A stretch of 64,000 nt of DNA, from contig CM120643.1 of assembly GCA_051362555.1 (NCBI GenBank), positions 30,003,994-30,067,993 of the forward strand, in the 5' to 3' direction. The translations under genes and the position numbers were made by a program. This DNA is from Lingula anatina. Its lineage: Eukaryota > Animalia > Brachiopoda. The notes beneath the pieces are model-generated. The model was not told where the DNA came from. It made no database searches and was given only the letters and a program-made list of their open reading frames with translations. Shown in pieces: positions 36,701 to 48,581 of the stretch (position 1 is its first letter; the number at the start of each line of letters is the position of its first letter).

Positions 36701-39700
36701 AACCATAGCTGGGATCAGCACATTTGGAGCCGTGTATGAGGAGGAAACAGTCCCTTAAACAAGCAGCTGGAATCAGCACATTTGGAGCTGTGTATGAGGA
36801 GGAAACAGTCCCTTAAACCAGCAGCTGGGATCAGGTCATTTTGAGCTGTATATGAGGAGGAAACAGTCCCTAAAACCAGCAACTGGGATCAGCACATTTG
36901 GAGCTGTGTATGAGGAGGAAACAGTCCCTTAAACCAGCAGTTAATAAGGAGTATGTCACTCTGTGCGAAGACAATCATGCTCCATCACAACACTTGTTTG
37001 GTGACAATTTGCCACAAGACATGAGGTTGGCTAAATAGAAACATCAACTTACCAAGTTAAAAAAAAAAAAGGCTACGGCCCCTACAAGGGGCGGAGACAA
37101 GTGGGGAAATACAAATACTATCCAAAGAAAAAGAAGGGAGAGGAGAAACACTAAATGCTCCTGGGCCCCCTGATTCTGAGGTGAGACATCTTTTTAACTC
37201 TGCGCTGTTTGCTGATACTGAAGATAAGTTAAAGTCCTCGCATCATTACCTAACTGAGAGAAGTAAACATTTCACAGGTGGTCAACTTTCACAATTTGTT
37301 GGTGAATGGCGAATAATTACCTAAGACAGAGAAATCCTTAATATGGTTTCCGGATATAAAATAGAATTTGAGGAATTACCAGTGCAAAAGTTGGTTCCAA
37401 AACCTATAAAATTCACTGATGCTGAAATTGAAGTTATTGACAGTGAAATTGACACTTAGTTAAAAAAGAGGGTGATTGCAGAAATTCAACATGAACCTGG
37501 AGAATTTATTTCTAATATATTTCTCAGGAAAAAGAAAGATATGGAAATAGTTATAGAATGATTCTGAATTTAAGTCATCTCAACAAGTATGTTAAATACC
37601 GACATTTCAAATAGGACACATGTACACTCATTACTGCAATTAGAATGATACGGACTCACTGTTTTATGGGATCTATTGATCTCAAAGATGCTTACTATTC
37701 TCTTAAAATTGCAGAAGAACATCAAAAATACTTTAAATTTTTCTGGAGAGGCAAATTGATGAAATTTCTTACTGCGGCACAAGGTCTTGCATGTGTACCA
37801 AGAGTGTCAAGTTGTTTATTCAGAATTAGAAAGAGAGGATTTCTCTCAGTTGGGTATATTAATGACTCATATTTACACGGAGACACTTTTGAGGAGTGCC
37901 TGGATAACATTTAATGTACACTAAACATAAATTAGGATTTATTGTGCACCCTGAGAAATCTGTATTTTTTTTCCAAAAAATCACATTAATTTTGTTGGAT
38001 TTACTTTGGATTCCACATCCATGTCTATCTCACTAACTACCGAGAAAGCTGACAAAATGTGCAAAGTTTGGACAGCTTTGCTAAACAATAAGTCACCTAG
38101 TATCAGGGAAGTTGCACAGGCAGTGGGGCTCATGGTTTCCTGTTTTAATGCAGTGTCTATGACCCCATTCCCAGAGTTTAGATCGATCCAACTAGATCGA
38201 CCTAACTTCCTGGGGGTTCACGCTAAATAGCTGTCAGCCGAGCGGGCACGAAAGTTAATTACCCCCTTACAGCTTGTAGTAGCCGGAACGGACATTTAAG
38301 CCGGATTATCTGACAGTAATCTAGTGAGACTCCCCACGGGGATAGATCGATCTAAAATCTTTGGGAATGCACCCTACGGGACCTCTGTTCTACAGACAGC
38401 TGGAGTTAGAGAAGGCGGCAGCTCTTCAAAATGCTCGAGGTGACTATGATGCATTAATGCACTTGTCAGTTAGATCAGTTAAAGATCTGAAAAGGTGGTG
38501 TGAAAATATACACCAGTCACAAAAGCCAATTAACAGACCTCCGCCTCACTGCACACTGGAAACTGATGCCAGTGACAAAGGATGCGGCTGTCATCACGTT
38601 TAATCTGGCATGTCAACTGGGGGGCCCTTCTGATCATTTGAAACTGGACATATAAACAAACTGGAATTGTTGGCTTGCTTTCTTTCACTACAAGCCACTT
38701 GTAAACATATGGAAAATGTTCACATTAAATTAATGATGGACAACAGCACTGCGGTGGCCTATGTGAGAAAAATGGTGGAAATCATTCCCTTGAATGCCAT
38801 TTTAATAGCCCGTGAAATTTGGCAATGGGTAATGAGCAGAAAAATCTGGTTAAGGTGGCAATGTACCCAAATATGGCTAAAAATCGTCATTTTGGGTTTT
38901 TTTATGTCTAATTATTGGTTAAATGTGTATCTAACGTTTAACAGAATAAGATTTTTACATTTTGAACAAGAAATATGTTTTTTTCTGAGGATTTTGATGC
39001 TGCACACATCGGCACCGGTGGCCTGGTCTATGCCCCGCCTTCGTTGTCAAGGGCCGTTGGCATGGGTAAACTCGGTGGGCAGACCTTAGCAGCATCAGCA
39101 CGACTAGAGAAACAATAGAGCAGGGATGCGCCATACCCCCTTGGTCATAAAAAGCGATCGGCAAAACATTGCCTATTGTTCCGCTTAAGAAGTTTTGATA
39201 GTTGCTCTTGATTATGATCAGCGCTAAGGCCCCTATTTCACACAGACCACGAATCCCACAAATCGCCAGGAATTGACAAATTTCAGGATTTGTGAGATTT
39301 TGCCAATTTTCTGGTCTAATTCGACACGATCACGATTAAGTTACGATACAGGTGCGATAGTGGTACGAATATTCGTGGGATTCGGCTGGAATCGCACGAA
39401 TATTGTCCAGAAATTCACTACGATTTTTTGGAATCGGGAGTTCGTGGCCAAAACTTTGAACAGCTCCAAAATTTTGCCAAGAATTCCCGATTGATCAAGA
39501 ATTGCAAGAACTGACTACGATTATATACGAATCTGTTAAGAACTTCACGAACTGATTACGATTCAACCACGAATCCTGAAATTTTCAATTCCTGGCGATT
39601 CGTGGGATTCGTGGTCTGTGTGAAATAGGGGAATCAAATTTTTTGCCACCAATTCCTGTTGGTCAAGAAGTGCAAGAACTGACTACGAATATATACGAAT

Positions 39701-42700
39701 CTGTTTAGAACTTCACGAACTGATTAGGATTCAACCACGAATTGTGAAATTTGTCAATTCATGGCCATTCGTGGGATTCGTGGTCTGTGTGAAATAGAGG
39801 CATTAGGATAATCTTTTCCGACACATTGGATTTGCTTGAAATACGCGTTCTCCCTTGAACTTTTCCTGACTCACCCAACTTTGGACATTTCCTCTAACAA
39901 AGCCTTTCTGGTTGCATCTATTTCTTGTTTTTGATGGTCCGATCAGCGTCCTGTAATGCCCCTATTTAAGACAGACCACGAATCCCACGAATCGCCAGGA
40001 ATTGACAAATTTAAGGATTCGTGAGGATTCGTGAGATTTTGCAAATTTTCTGGCCTAATTCGACACGCTCTACGATTCAGTTACGACACAGGTGCGATAG
40101 TGTTACGAATATTCGTGGGATTCGGCTGGACGTAATTTCACGTTTTTATAGATAAAATCAACAATAAGTCTCTAAAGAAAAATCCCTGACTCCCTTTTGT
40201 AGTACTTTGTTCAAGTGTTATAATACCATTGAAAGCATGTTTATAGCTGACCTTTTTGCATCAAGGCTTAATAAACAACTTCCAAATTGTTTCGTGGAAA
40301 CCACAACCTAATGCTTTGTTTGTTGATGCCTTCAGTCAAAGCTGGCAGAGATTAAACTTTTACGCTTTTCCTTGTTTTAGTCTATTGCCTCAAGTTTTAC
40401 AACAGATCGAGGACAATCAAGCAACAGGGATCCTAATTGTACCGTATTGGACAACCCAGACCTGGTTCCCGAGTCTGCTGAGGTTATAAATAGACACTCC
40501 TGTTGTCATTCCAAAACAAGAAAATGTTGTTAATGCCTGGACAAATAGAGGCAGTGCACACACTGCTCCAAAAACTTAGTCTGCTGGTACCCTCTACCAG
40601 GGCGACTGATAGATTTTTACAGATATTCACAGATATGTCTCTAGCTAGATAGATGGTCATTTTGAGTTGAAGTCACCCTGTTGAGGAATCCCATGTGGAA
40701 ACAATTATCTCTGTACGCACGCCAAAGGCTTTGTACTTGCTCTGCATGAGCTGAGCTTCACAACGATGTGATAGCTGCTCGTTACGCAACCAGTCTATGG
40801 CTTTTTTTTATCTGTCACAGAAGAGCAAGTGATAGAAGTCAGAGCAATTAACTGTCTTGATTGCTGTCAAGCAGACTTAGACTGGACCTGCTAAGTGGCA
40901 GTGCCTGAGCAGTTATGCAAACAATTACCAGCCATGTAATCAGTCTTGAGATTCCTCAACAGGGTGACTTCAGCCCAAAATGACCATCTATCTAGCTAGA
41001 GACATATCTGTGAATATCTGTAAAAATCTATCAGTCGCCCTGGTAGAGGGTAGTCTGCTGGTATGTCACTGCTCCGGGAATCTCTTGAAAAGAAAGGCTT
41101 TTCAGAACATGTTTAAAAACTCATGTTATCCAGCTGGAGAAAGTCCACAGCGAAACAATACAGCACTTACTTGTCCAAGTGGAGAAAATTTTGCCATCAA
41201 CGAATGTCAATCCCCATGCACCGCTTATTGGGGAGATATTAGATTTCCTAGCTTACCTTTATGAACAAGGTCTGGGCTATAGTGCTATAAATACTGCTAG
41301 GAGTGCTCTGTCAGCATTAATTGGAAAGGTTGAAAACATACCAATTAGTGACCACCCGGATATCTGCAGGCTAATTAAAGGAGTCTATCAACACGCTACA
41401 GCCAGGGACGTTAAAGTTGTGTTAGATTACTTAAAAATATACCAACTGATAACATAAATTTCAAGTCACTGGCTTATTAAGTTACAATGTTACTGGCTTT
41501 ACTCACAGGACAACGTCTTCAGACCCTTCAGGCTTTAAAAGCGTCCAACTCCCTCTTTGCATTTACTGAGGATGGTTGCATTTTTGACACAACCACTGAA
41601 AACTAGCAAACCTGGGAAACATTTAGCATTAATTCAGTTGAAAAAAATATGCAATTAAGGACCTTCGTATTATTGAACATTTAAAACTGTACATAGACAA
41701 ATCTTCTAGTATCCGCAATGCTAACGAACAGTTATTATTAAGTGTAAACTAGAGGATCAGAGAGGCGATACCGTCTCCGGAAATTGTACCACCAGCTGGA
41801 GTAAGCGCATTTGTATTAGCCCCCCCCCCCAAAAAAAAGGGACACCACCACCAGTCTTGTGCTTGACAAGCTCTATAAAATACAATCATCAAGAGTTCTC
41901 AAAATATGCAAATATATATAACTAAAAATGGTACAATCAAGCAGATTTTCAACTTGACCTGTATTTTCCTAACATTGATCACTCCTGTGATTTTCTAGAC
42001 AAGACAATAGGTCAAAGGTCAATTTCAATGTCACAGTATATGACTTCCTATTCAAGTTCAATAGTAACCATGGGCATTTCTTTGCCAGTTTTTGAGATAT
42101 AAGGGAAAGAAAATTTGCAAAATTCAGTTCATGGTGAAAATTACGTCAAAGGTCAATTTCAGGGTCACAGTTATATTGCCAGTATATGACTTCCTATTCA
42201 AGTTCAATAGTAACTATGGGCTTATCTCTGCCAGTTTTAAAGGTATAAGCATTAAAAAAGTTGCAAAGTTCAGTTTATGGTGAAAAGTAGGTCAGAGGTC
42301 AATTTTCAGGTCCCAGTTAGATTGCCAGTATATGACTTCCTATTCGAGTTCAATAGTAACTATGGGCGTATCTCTGCCAGTTTTGGAGATAAAAGGGGAC
42401 GAAAATTTGCAAAGTTCAGTTAATGGTGAAAAGTAGGTCTAAGGTCACAGTTAAATTGCTTCCTATGACTTCCTATTCAAATTCCATAGTAACTATGGAC
42501 GTGTCTTTGCCATTTTTGAAAGTATAAGCATAAAAAAGTTGCAAAGTTCAGTTTATGGTGAAAAGTAGGTCAAAGGTCAATTTTAAGGTCACAGTTAGAT
42601 TGCCAGCATATGACTTCCTGTTCAAGCTCAATAGTAACTATGGGCGTTCTTTGCCAGTTTTGGAGATATAAGGGACTAAATGTTACAGTTTTGAAATTAC

Positions 42701-44177
42701 AATAATGTGCCCTAAGTTTGCTACAAAAGAAATTAATTGAAATAAAGAAAAGGTCATTTTGGTTGAAATTCTTGAAACTGGAGGTGCTCAGAAGTTCCAG
42801 ATGTTCAAATTTCATGAAATAATGTCATTTTTGACCAGAAGTTGTCTGCCTCGCCGAGCCTTATGTTATTTTTTCCAGAGGTTCAAAATGTATTATATAT
42901 TACCGTATCGCACATTTTGCTTTCACCACCACAATGTACTTTTTGATACAGCATAATTCATAAACCGTATGGAAATAAAAAAACGGAGACCACTCTCAGT
43001 GTTGGGCTTTGCATGCTCTACAAAATGCAAAAAAAGAATAGGTCTCTAGCATTAACGGTTCCCGAATTAGAGACAGTTTTCAGTGTCGGTATCTTATGGC
43101 GAGTTTATTCTTACATCTTAGATACATTAGTTTTGACTTGATCAGGTTTATTCTGTTCATTAAATGCTATTACTGAACCTATGTGTTTCTACGTAGGTGT
43201 TTCCTTTTCTGGGCTTTCATTGCCTCAGGCTTAAAAGTCTCATGTTATTCCTGAGTGACTGACGTGTGAGGTAGAATTGCAAATTAAACGAGACTTAATT
43301 ACCTGTAAGTTGAAGTTTAATTTAGATTCTACCGAACATCAGTCAGGAACGGAAGAGTTACATGCCCACCCTTGTTCCCGCGACCTAAATATGGCAGACG
43401 TACATGAAAGGAAAACCGGTAGAATCTAAATCAAACTTCAACTTACAGGTAAGTCACATTTAATTTCCAATCATAAGGCTCATAGCCACCTATGGACCGA
43501 AGACGCACTTATCCCTGGATGGGTATATTTATTAGTTCAATGAAGGTGATTAGTTGTAATTATAAGGGCTCATAGCCACCTTTGGACCGAAGACGCATTT
43601 ATCCCCGGATGGGTATATTTATCAGTTCAATGATCACATTTTTCAATAACAAAACTGCACAACTGGTCAAAAGTTGTAAATCATAAAAAAAGCTTACCAA
43701 ACCCATGCTCCAGAACATTCAGCGTTCGGAAATGTGGCTTGTAAGAGATGGACAGGAGTTCCTTGCGGTCATATTTGCACACCACGGGCACCGTGTTGAC
43801 GTAATTTTCAAAGGACACGGACACCTGTTGCTGGGCAATGGAGCTGCTCTTGATAAAAATATCATTTTCGTACACAACAAAATCTTTGGTCAACCGAGCT
43901 GAAGTGCCGCACGTGTCGGGGCTGAAGGTGAACAAGATGTGGCTTGAATTGTCCTTCCCGGTACATTGTGGGTCTCGGAGATGGGCGACAAGGTTAATGT
44001 CACCTCCCAATGGGCCAACGACATCGCGCGCAATGGCAACCATTATGGCATTTGCACCGCAGTCGATTCTGTTGTCACTGGTTGACACATAAGGAGCTGT
44101 TGTTTGCTCCAAATGATGCGTTTTGTCGGAAATAATAGTAGTTGTCTTCACCTTTGTAAGTGTCGTGCTTGTAGATT
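28029..44177 (-). CDS. Zona pellucida (ZP) domain type I membrane protein; 5' exon(s) not located
   Basis: Phase-consistent exons 44177-43698 (ZP-N: DCGANAIMV..LRDPQC..DTCGT..VYEND..VVCKY), 34606-34378 (DYPLSVDL..DSCKAT..LIDNG), 29676-29577 (CP..FPAFYF), 29231-29081 (VYLHCEMQVC..RGRR furin site..TQGPF), 28177-28029 (TM helix, YQEV, stop). Confidence 0.9.
28168..28850 (-). repeat. 41-bp tandem repeat (~16 copies) of ZP last-exon splice acceptor
   Basis: Minus-strand unit TTGTTACCTTTTCCCTAG|ATCCTAAAG mirrors the true junction CCCTAG|ATTCTAAAG. Confidence 0.93.
30815..33496. mobile_element. Decayed PIF/Harbinger-superfamily transposon
   Basis: TIR AGAGAGCTTTCGCACC..CGTTTAGGCGA, GTT TSD; minus-strand transposase remnant ~32070-32390 (GDPAYP..FNRRMSSVRECVEWEFG..PPTLEDYL, with stops); coiled-coil remnant 31719-31916. 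Confidence 0.8.
32421..33331. mobile_element. Non-autonomous Harbinger-like element nested in 30815-33496
   Basis: CTA|AGTCTCGGTCACAACTGG...CCGGTTGTGACCGAGGCT|TTA. Confidence 0.7.
33920..34258 (-). mobile_element. Second copy of TTAA-flanked non-autonomous element
   Basis: Inverted homolog of 19212-19547 with TTAA both sides. Confidence 0.8.
34588..34962 (-). repeat. ~97-bp tandem repeat (4 copies) of ZP exon acceptor plus exon start
   Basis: GACCTGTC at 34604, 34704, 34801, 34897; minus TTTTCTTGACAG|GTCATATGGCGTTCAGTCT versus true GGACAG|GTCATCTGACGTTTAGTCT. Confidence 0.9.
35546..36940. repeat. 58/56-bp tandem repeat (~24 copies) amplified from DIRS gag coding sequence
   Basis: Unit GCTGGGATCAGCACATTTGGAGCTGTGTATGAGGAGGAAACAGTCCCTTAAACCAGCA encodes LGSAHLELCMRRKQSLKPA. 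Confidence 0.95.
38160..38372. mobile_element. MITE inserted in DIRS pol; related inverted copy at ~48983-49220
   Basis: Ends CATTCCCAGAG..TAGATCGATC / GATCGATCTA..TGGGAATG; interrupts FNAV|YGPLFYRQLE. Confidence 0.65.
39228..40130. mobile_element. Cluster of Harbinger-like MITE copies and fragments within a larger insertion in DIRS
   Basis: CCCCTATTTCACACAGACCACGAATCCCAC...GTGGGATTCGTGGTCTGTGTGAAATAGGGG (39230-39631); repeated end to ~39802; another left end at ~39959. Confidence 0.7.
40588..41052. mobile_element. Non-autonomous DNA transposon, ~100-bp TIRs, 9-bp TSD
   Basis: GTCTGCTGG|TACCCTCTACCAGGGCGAC...GTCGCCCTGGTAGAGGGTA|GTCTGCTGG; excision restores DIRS KLSLLVCHCSG. Confidence 0.88.
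41745..43075. mobile_element. Helentron/HINE-like repeat with internal ~118-bp subrepeats
   Basis: Starts AAACTAGAG; ~6 copies of GGTCAAAGGTCA..TATGACTTCCTATTCAAGTTCAATAGTAACTATGGG (42010-42670); family assignment from recall only. Confidence 0.5.
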
Positions 44178-44464
44178 CTGGAAAATAAACGTAACACATA
44201 GAAATTTCAAGTGCCCGAAATAATCGGAACAAGTCATTGGCCATGCTAATTAAGGTTTCGGCAATATTAATTCAGGTTTTTGGTGCATGATAAAAGGATA
44301 TAAGCGGGTTTCCGGTTAAAAGCTCCAGCGTTCACAAAGGATACAAGTGGCTTTCTGTCTCAAAGCCCAGCGTTCACAAAGGATACAAGTGGCTTTCTGT
44401 CTCAAAGCCCAGCGATTACAAGGGATACAAGTGGCTTTCTGTCTCCTCCTCAGGACTGGACATC

Positions 44465-45558
44465 TACAGCTATGGCTGTGGTACAGTGTCATCTCCTCAT
44501 CAGTCCTTGAACCACGTCTGTGTATAGCCAGCTGTGATACAGTGTCATCTCCTCATCAGTCCTTGAACCATGTCTGTGTATAGCCTGGAGCTGTGATACA
44601 GTGTCATCTCCTCATCAGTCCTTGAACCATGTCTGTGTATAGCCAGGAGCTGTGATACAGTGTCATCTCCTCATCAGTCCTTGAACCATGTCTGTGTATA
44701 GCCAGCTGTGATAATAATAATAATAATAATAATAATAATATTTATTTCTTAAAACCGCACTACACTAGCGTCTCAGTGCTGTTTACAGGTAAAATTATTA
44801 GGATTACAACTTATTATATATATAATAAAAGCTAAGGTAAAAAAAAAAAAAATAATAATAATAATAATAATTAAAATAATTAAAACTGGTTAAAATAGTA
44901 ATGGTCTGAACAATGAAACTTTTTTTTTCTGATAAAATGAGAAGATATTAATTGAAATACTGTGCAAATAAGAATGTTTTTAAATCTTTTTTAAAAACCT
45001 CAACACTGTCAATAGTCCGAATGTGTGAGGGTAATTGATTCCATAAAATTGGTGCTGAAATTGAAAATGCCCTGTGGCCGTAGGTTTTGGTTGTTTTTTT
45101 ATTATCATTTCTGATAAAACAAGGAGTGGAGGTGGATCTGGTAGACCTGGTGAGACTGGGTGTACTTGGATGTAGCATCGAGTTAAAATATGAGGGGCAT
45201 TCAAAGTACAGTGTCATCTCCTCATCAGTCCTTGAACCATGTCTGTGTATAGCCAGCTGTGATACAGTGTCATCTCCTCATCAGTCCTTGAACCATGTCT
45301 GTGTATAGCCTGGAGCTGTGATACAGTGTCATCTCCTCATCAGTCCTTGAACCATGTCTGTGTATAGCCAGGAGCTGTGATACAGTGTCATCTCCTCATC
45401 AGTCCTTGAACCATGTCTGTGTATAGCCAGCTGTGATACAGTGTCATCTCCTCATCAGTCCTTGAACCATGTCTGTGTATAGCCTGGACCTTTGATACAG
45501 TGTCATCTCCTCATCAGTCCTTGAACCATGTCTGTGTATAGCCAGCTGTGATACAGTG
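44465..45558. repeat. 56-60-bp tandem repeat interrupted by a LINE fragment
   Basis: Unit TGATACAGTGTCATCTCCTCATCAGTCCTTGAACCATGTCTGTGTATAGCCAGCTG on both sides of 44711-45206. Confidence 0.93.
44711..45206 (-). mobile_element. 5'-truncated L2/CR1-type LINE 3' end
   Basis: ORF2 C-terminus YGHRAFSISAPILWNQLPSHIR..FKKDLKTFLF, AATAAA and (TTA)n tail. Confidence 0.85.
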
Positions 45559-46490
45559 AGATTGTGTTGATTTCCTATGACTTGCAACGCATTGATTGAA
45601 ACGTTTAAAATCCATGTAGCATAAAGTCCATTTGTTCCAGACAGTTTTGGTATTAAAAGCCAAAACACGAGTTAATCTCCAAGCGTGTTTTCCTCTCTAA
45701 CTGTAGAACAGTTCACTGCCAGCTAGTGGGAGAAACATTCAAGATTCATTTGCCTATTTTGGCACGATAAGCATGATGGTTAGTGAAACTTTATCTTTTC
45801 GGCGAAGTGACCTCATTCGATTACCGCGTAATCTAAAGTTATCCTATACTTTGTTGATTCATAGCCCGGTTTTCATAACAGAAAGACGTCTTATCTATAA
45901 CATTAAATGAAGAAGTAGATAAAGTAGTCAGCGAAGCTGGTAAATAAGTAGAAAATTGGCTAACTTCTGTGTACTGTACGGGTAAATGCACGTGGTTTGA
46001 ACGTCGTAAAATTCATCTCTGGTGATTTTGGAACTTAGAGTTCCATAGATATTAAATAGCTACGAGGATTTTACTTATGATTATTATACGGATGTGGGTG
46101 GGTGGATGTTATTTATGGAGTGGTAGGGCCTATGATTATCATTTTGATTTTGTGAATCTGTCTACAATTATATAGTTTTTATTCTAATTCATATACATAT
46201 GCTAGTCTGATCTCAAAATAATCAACTGTCTTACGGACAGTGCTGTTAGGCCTACATTGTTCGGCATACGTTTTGGAAATTTTCAATTATTAGAATATTG
46301 CGTATACTGTTACAACCCACTATAACTAACGCAACTTGTACGAAGAGCTATGAAGTTAAGTTGCCGCAGTCACTTCAAGGATGTACTGTGAAATGAATAT
46401 TTGTATGAAGAGCTATCAAGTTAAAGTTGCCGCAGTCACTTCAAGGATGTACTTTGAAATGAATATTTGTATGAAGAGCTATGAAGTTAG

Positions 46491-47006
46491 GGCTTCGTTC
46501 ACATGGAAAGTCTATTTTCTAAAAATCTATTTTCTATTCGCGGTATCTTATGATCACGGTCTATGCCCTGAATATCCCGAGGAGTAATTACTGGCAGCGC
46601 GAGCCAGTTACTTATACAAAGCTGTAATTTATTCTCGGCTGTGCTTGCATTCTATAAAATCTAATTCTCCGTTGCCGCATCGCTTGCCATCGGATCAATG
46701 ACGGTTGCACTCGTATCTGTCGTGTGTATAGCTTCTTCATCTTCTTCGTCTTGTTGTTGCACAAAATCGACAAACACATTTTTCAAAGCAACCGCGACCG
46801 CAATTAACTATCTAACTTCCTACTGCGCATGCGTCAAGGTATCAGAATCTCATCCGAGCACAGCCACGAATTAATTACAGCTTTGGAAGTAACTGGCTTG
46901 CGCTGCCAGTAATTACGCCGCGGGATATTCAGGGCACAGACCGTGATCATAAGATATACCGCGAATAGAAAATAGATTTTTAGAAAATAGACTTTACATG
47001 TGAACC
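46491..47006. mobile_element. MITE with ~150-bp inverted arms
   Basis: GTTCACATGGAAAGTCTATTTTCTAAAAATCTATT...AATAGATTTTTAGAAAATAGACTTTACATGTGAAC. Confidence 0.75.
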
Positions 47007-47537
47007 ACAGTTGGTCTTGGTACAAAGACCATCATTGCACCTGTGATTGTTATCATCCAGGTACCAGCGGCTTTAATAGGAAATATATCACCAGGCGCAC
47101 ATTTCACACACAGATAAATAATCAATGAATGCATTTCTTTCTACACCGAAGCATTTCATTGCAATGCATAACCTCAGACTTGCTACTAATCTATGTGACA
47201 GGTGTCATCGGGAGCAGTGTTCAGCTGAGTAGATTCTCACGTAGTAGATGAATACTGGGATAATTATCTGGTGAAAACTGCTGTAATGTTGCTATCAACA
47301 TTACAAATTGAAATATTTGGACCAAAATTATCTAACCTTGAAAATTAACACCGGGAGTCCAATAAAACGATTGGTTCACACGCGGAAATAAACTGTAATT
47401 TGTGTAAAGTCTATGTGAGTAAGTGCAAATTAGTGTTTTGTATAAATAGCGGTTTAGACGTCGTTCTTCGTTGTTAAAAAACAAGTCATTCCTCTCCAAT
47501 AGTCTCCACGCGGACCAAGTTCCTTCTGTCACTGAAG

Positions 47538-48530
47538 ATGAAGTCAGCTGCACTGGTACTGCTTATTGTTGTCGGAATGGTTTTCACTGTTTTGGGACAA
47601 GAGCCTCTCACACCCGACAAGATTATCAAGGCTCTGATGGGCAGTTCTCCTCCCTTCTGGAAAGTGTGCTTCGCTTTGGACAGCAGTGGCAGCATTAGCG
47701 ACAAAGATTGGGATTATTCCAAATCAGCGTCCAGGGTGAGATATACTGGCTTTGGGGATAAATGGGGGGGATTCCAAATCAGCGTCCAGGGTGAGATATA
47801 CTGGCTTTGGGGATAATTCGGGGGTATTCCAAGTCAGCGTCCAGGGTGAGATATACTGGCTTTGGGGATAAATCGACGCCCTTTCCAAATCAGCGTCCAG
47901 GGTGAGATATACTGGCTTTGGGGATAATTCGGGGGTATTCCAAATCAGCGTCCAGGGTGAGGTACCTTAACTTTCTTCATAAACGCGACATTGGGAGCGA
48001 CTCATTACATAATAAATGTTTTATTTTGCTAGGAGTCTTTAAATTTGTGCAACATCCTTTTCTAATAAAATCAAGTTGAGATTAAGTGTCATGCATGTGA
48101 AATAGATAATAATTATTTAAATATCTTTGTATCATTAAATTTGTCATAAACAACCCGTATTTTGAAAAAATAAATATTGCTGAGTGCGTTTTTCGTCTTC
48201 GGAAAAGTGGCAGAATTCAAGATGCATTTGAAACGAGTTGCCATGTTATTTTCCTACTAACCCTAACCAAATGCCACCATACAGTTTCAAATAGCATCAC
48301 CTATCAAAGGTTATCCTTTCACATTTCTCGAAAAAAATATATTTGCACAGGTATTTTTGGTATCTTTTTGTGCTACATATTACCCCCGGTCGATTTCGTC
48401 AAACTATTGCGCTCAACAGTGCCGCGTCATTCATTAGTACCTTTTTGTGATCCTCTTCTTCATCATCAGTTTGATGCACTCATATCACTCTCACCTGTGG
48501 AACTCCTCCACTATGAGATATTTTGAGTTC

Positions 48531-48581
<51 letters not shown>

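Larger units (their letters stand above)
34990..41745 (+). mobile_element. Decayed DIRS1-like tyrosine-recombinase retrotransposon (gag, RT, RNase H, methyltransferase-like, YR)
   Basis: Gag RPKNC..P.V..QIW..D.IALLG..RRK..LKP..LFGDNL; RT SIDLKDAYY, YINDSY; RH TDASDKG, LELLA, DNSTAVAY; MT VDAFSQSW..YAFP..IVPYWTTQTWFP; YR GYSAINTARSALS, LLALLTGQRLQTL; many stops and frameshifts. Confidence 0.9.

Noticed and set aside
45444-45668. IHRHGSRT resembling the histidine phosphatase RHGxRxP motif
   Set aside because: Arises from the tandem-repeat unit; lacks the Pro and any other phosphatase sequence
48256-48268. Interstitial telomere (CTAACCCTAACC; also ~53215)
   Set aside because: Only two units, embedded in dispersed-repeat-like DNA; not evidence of fusion
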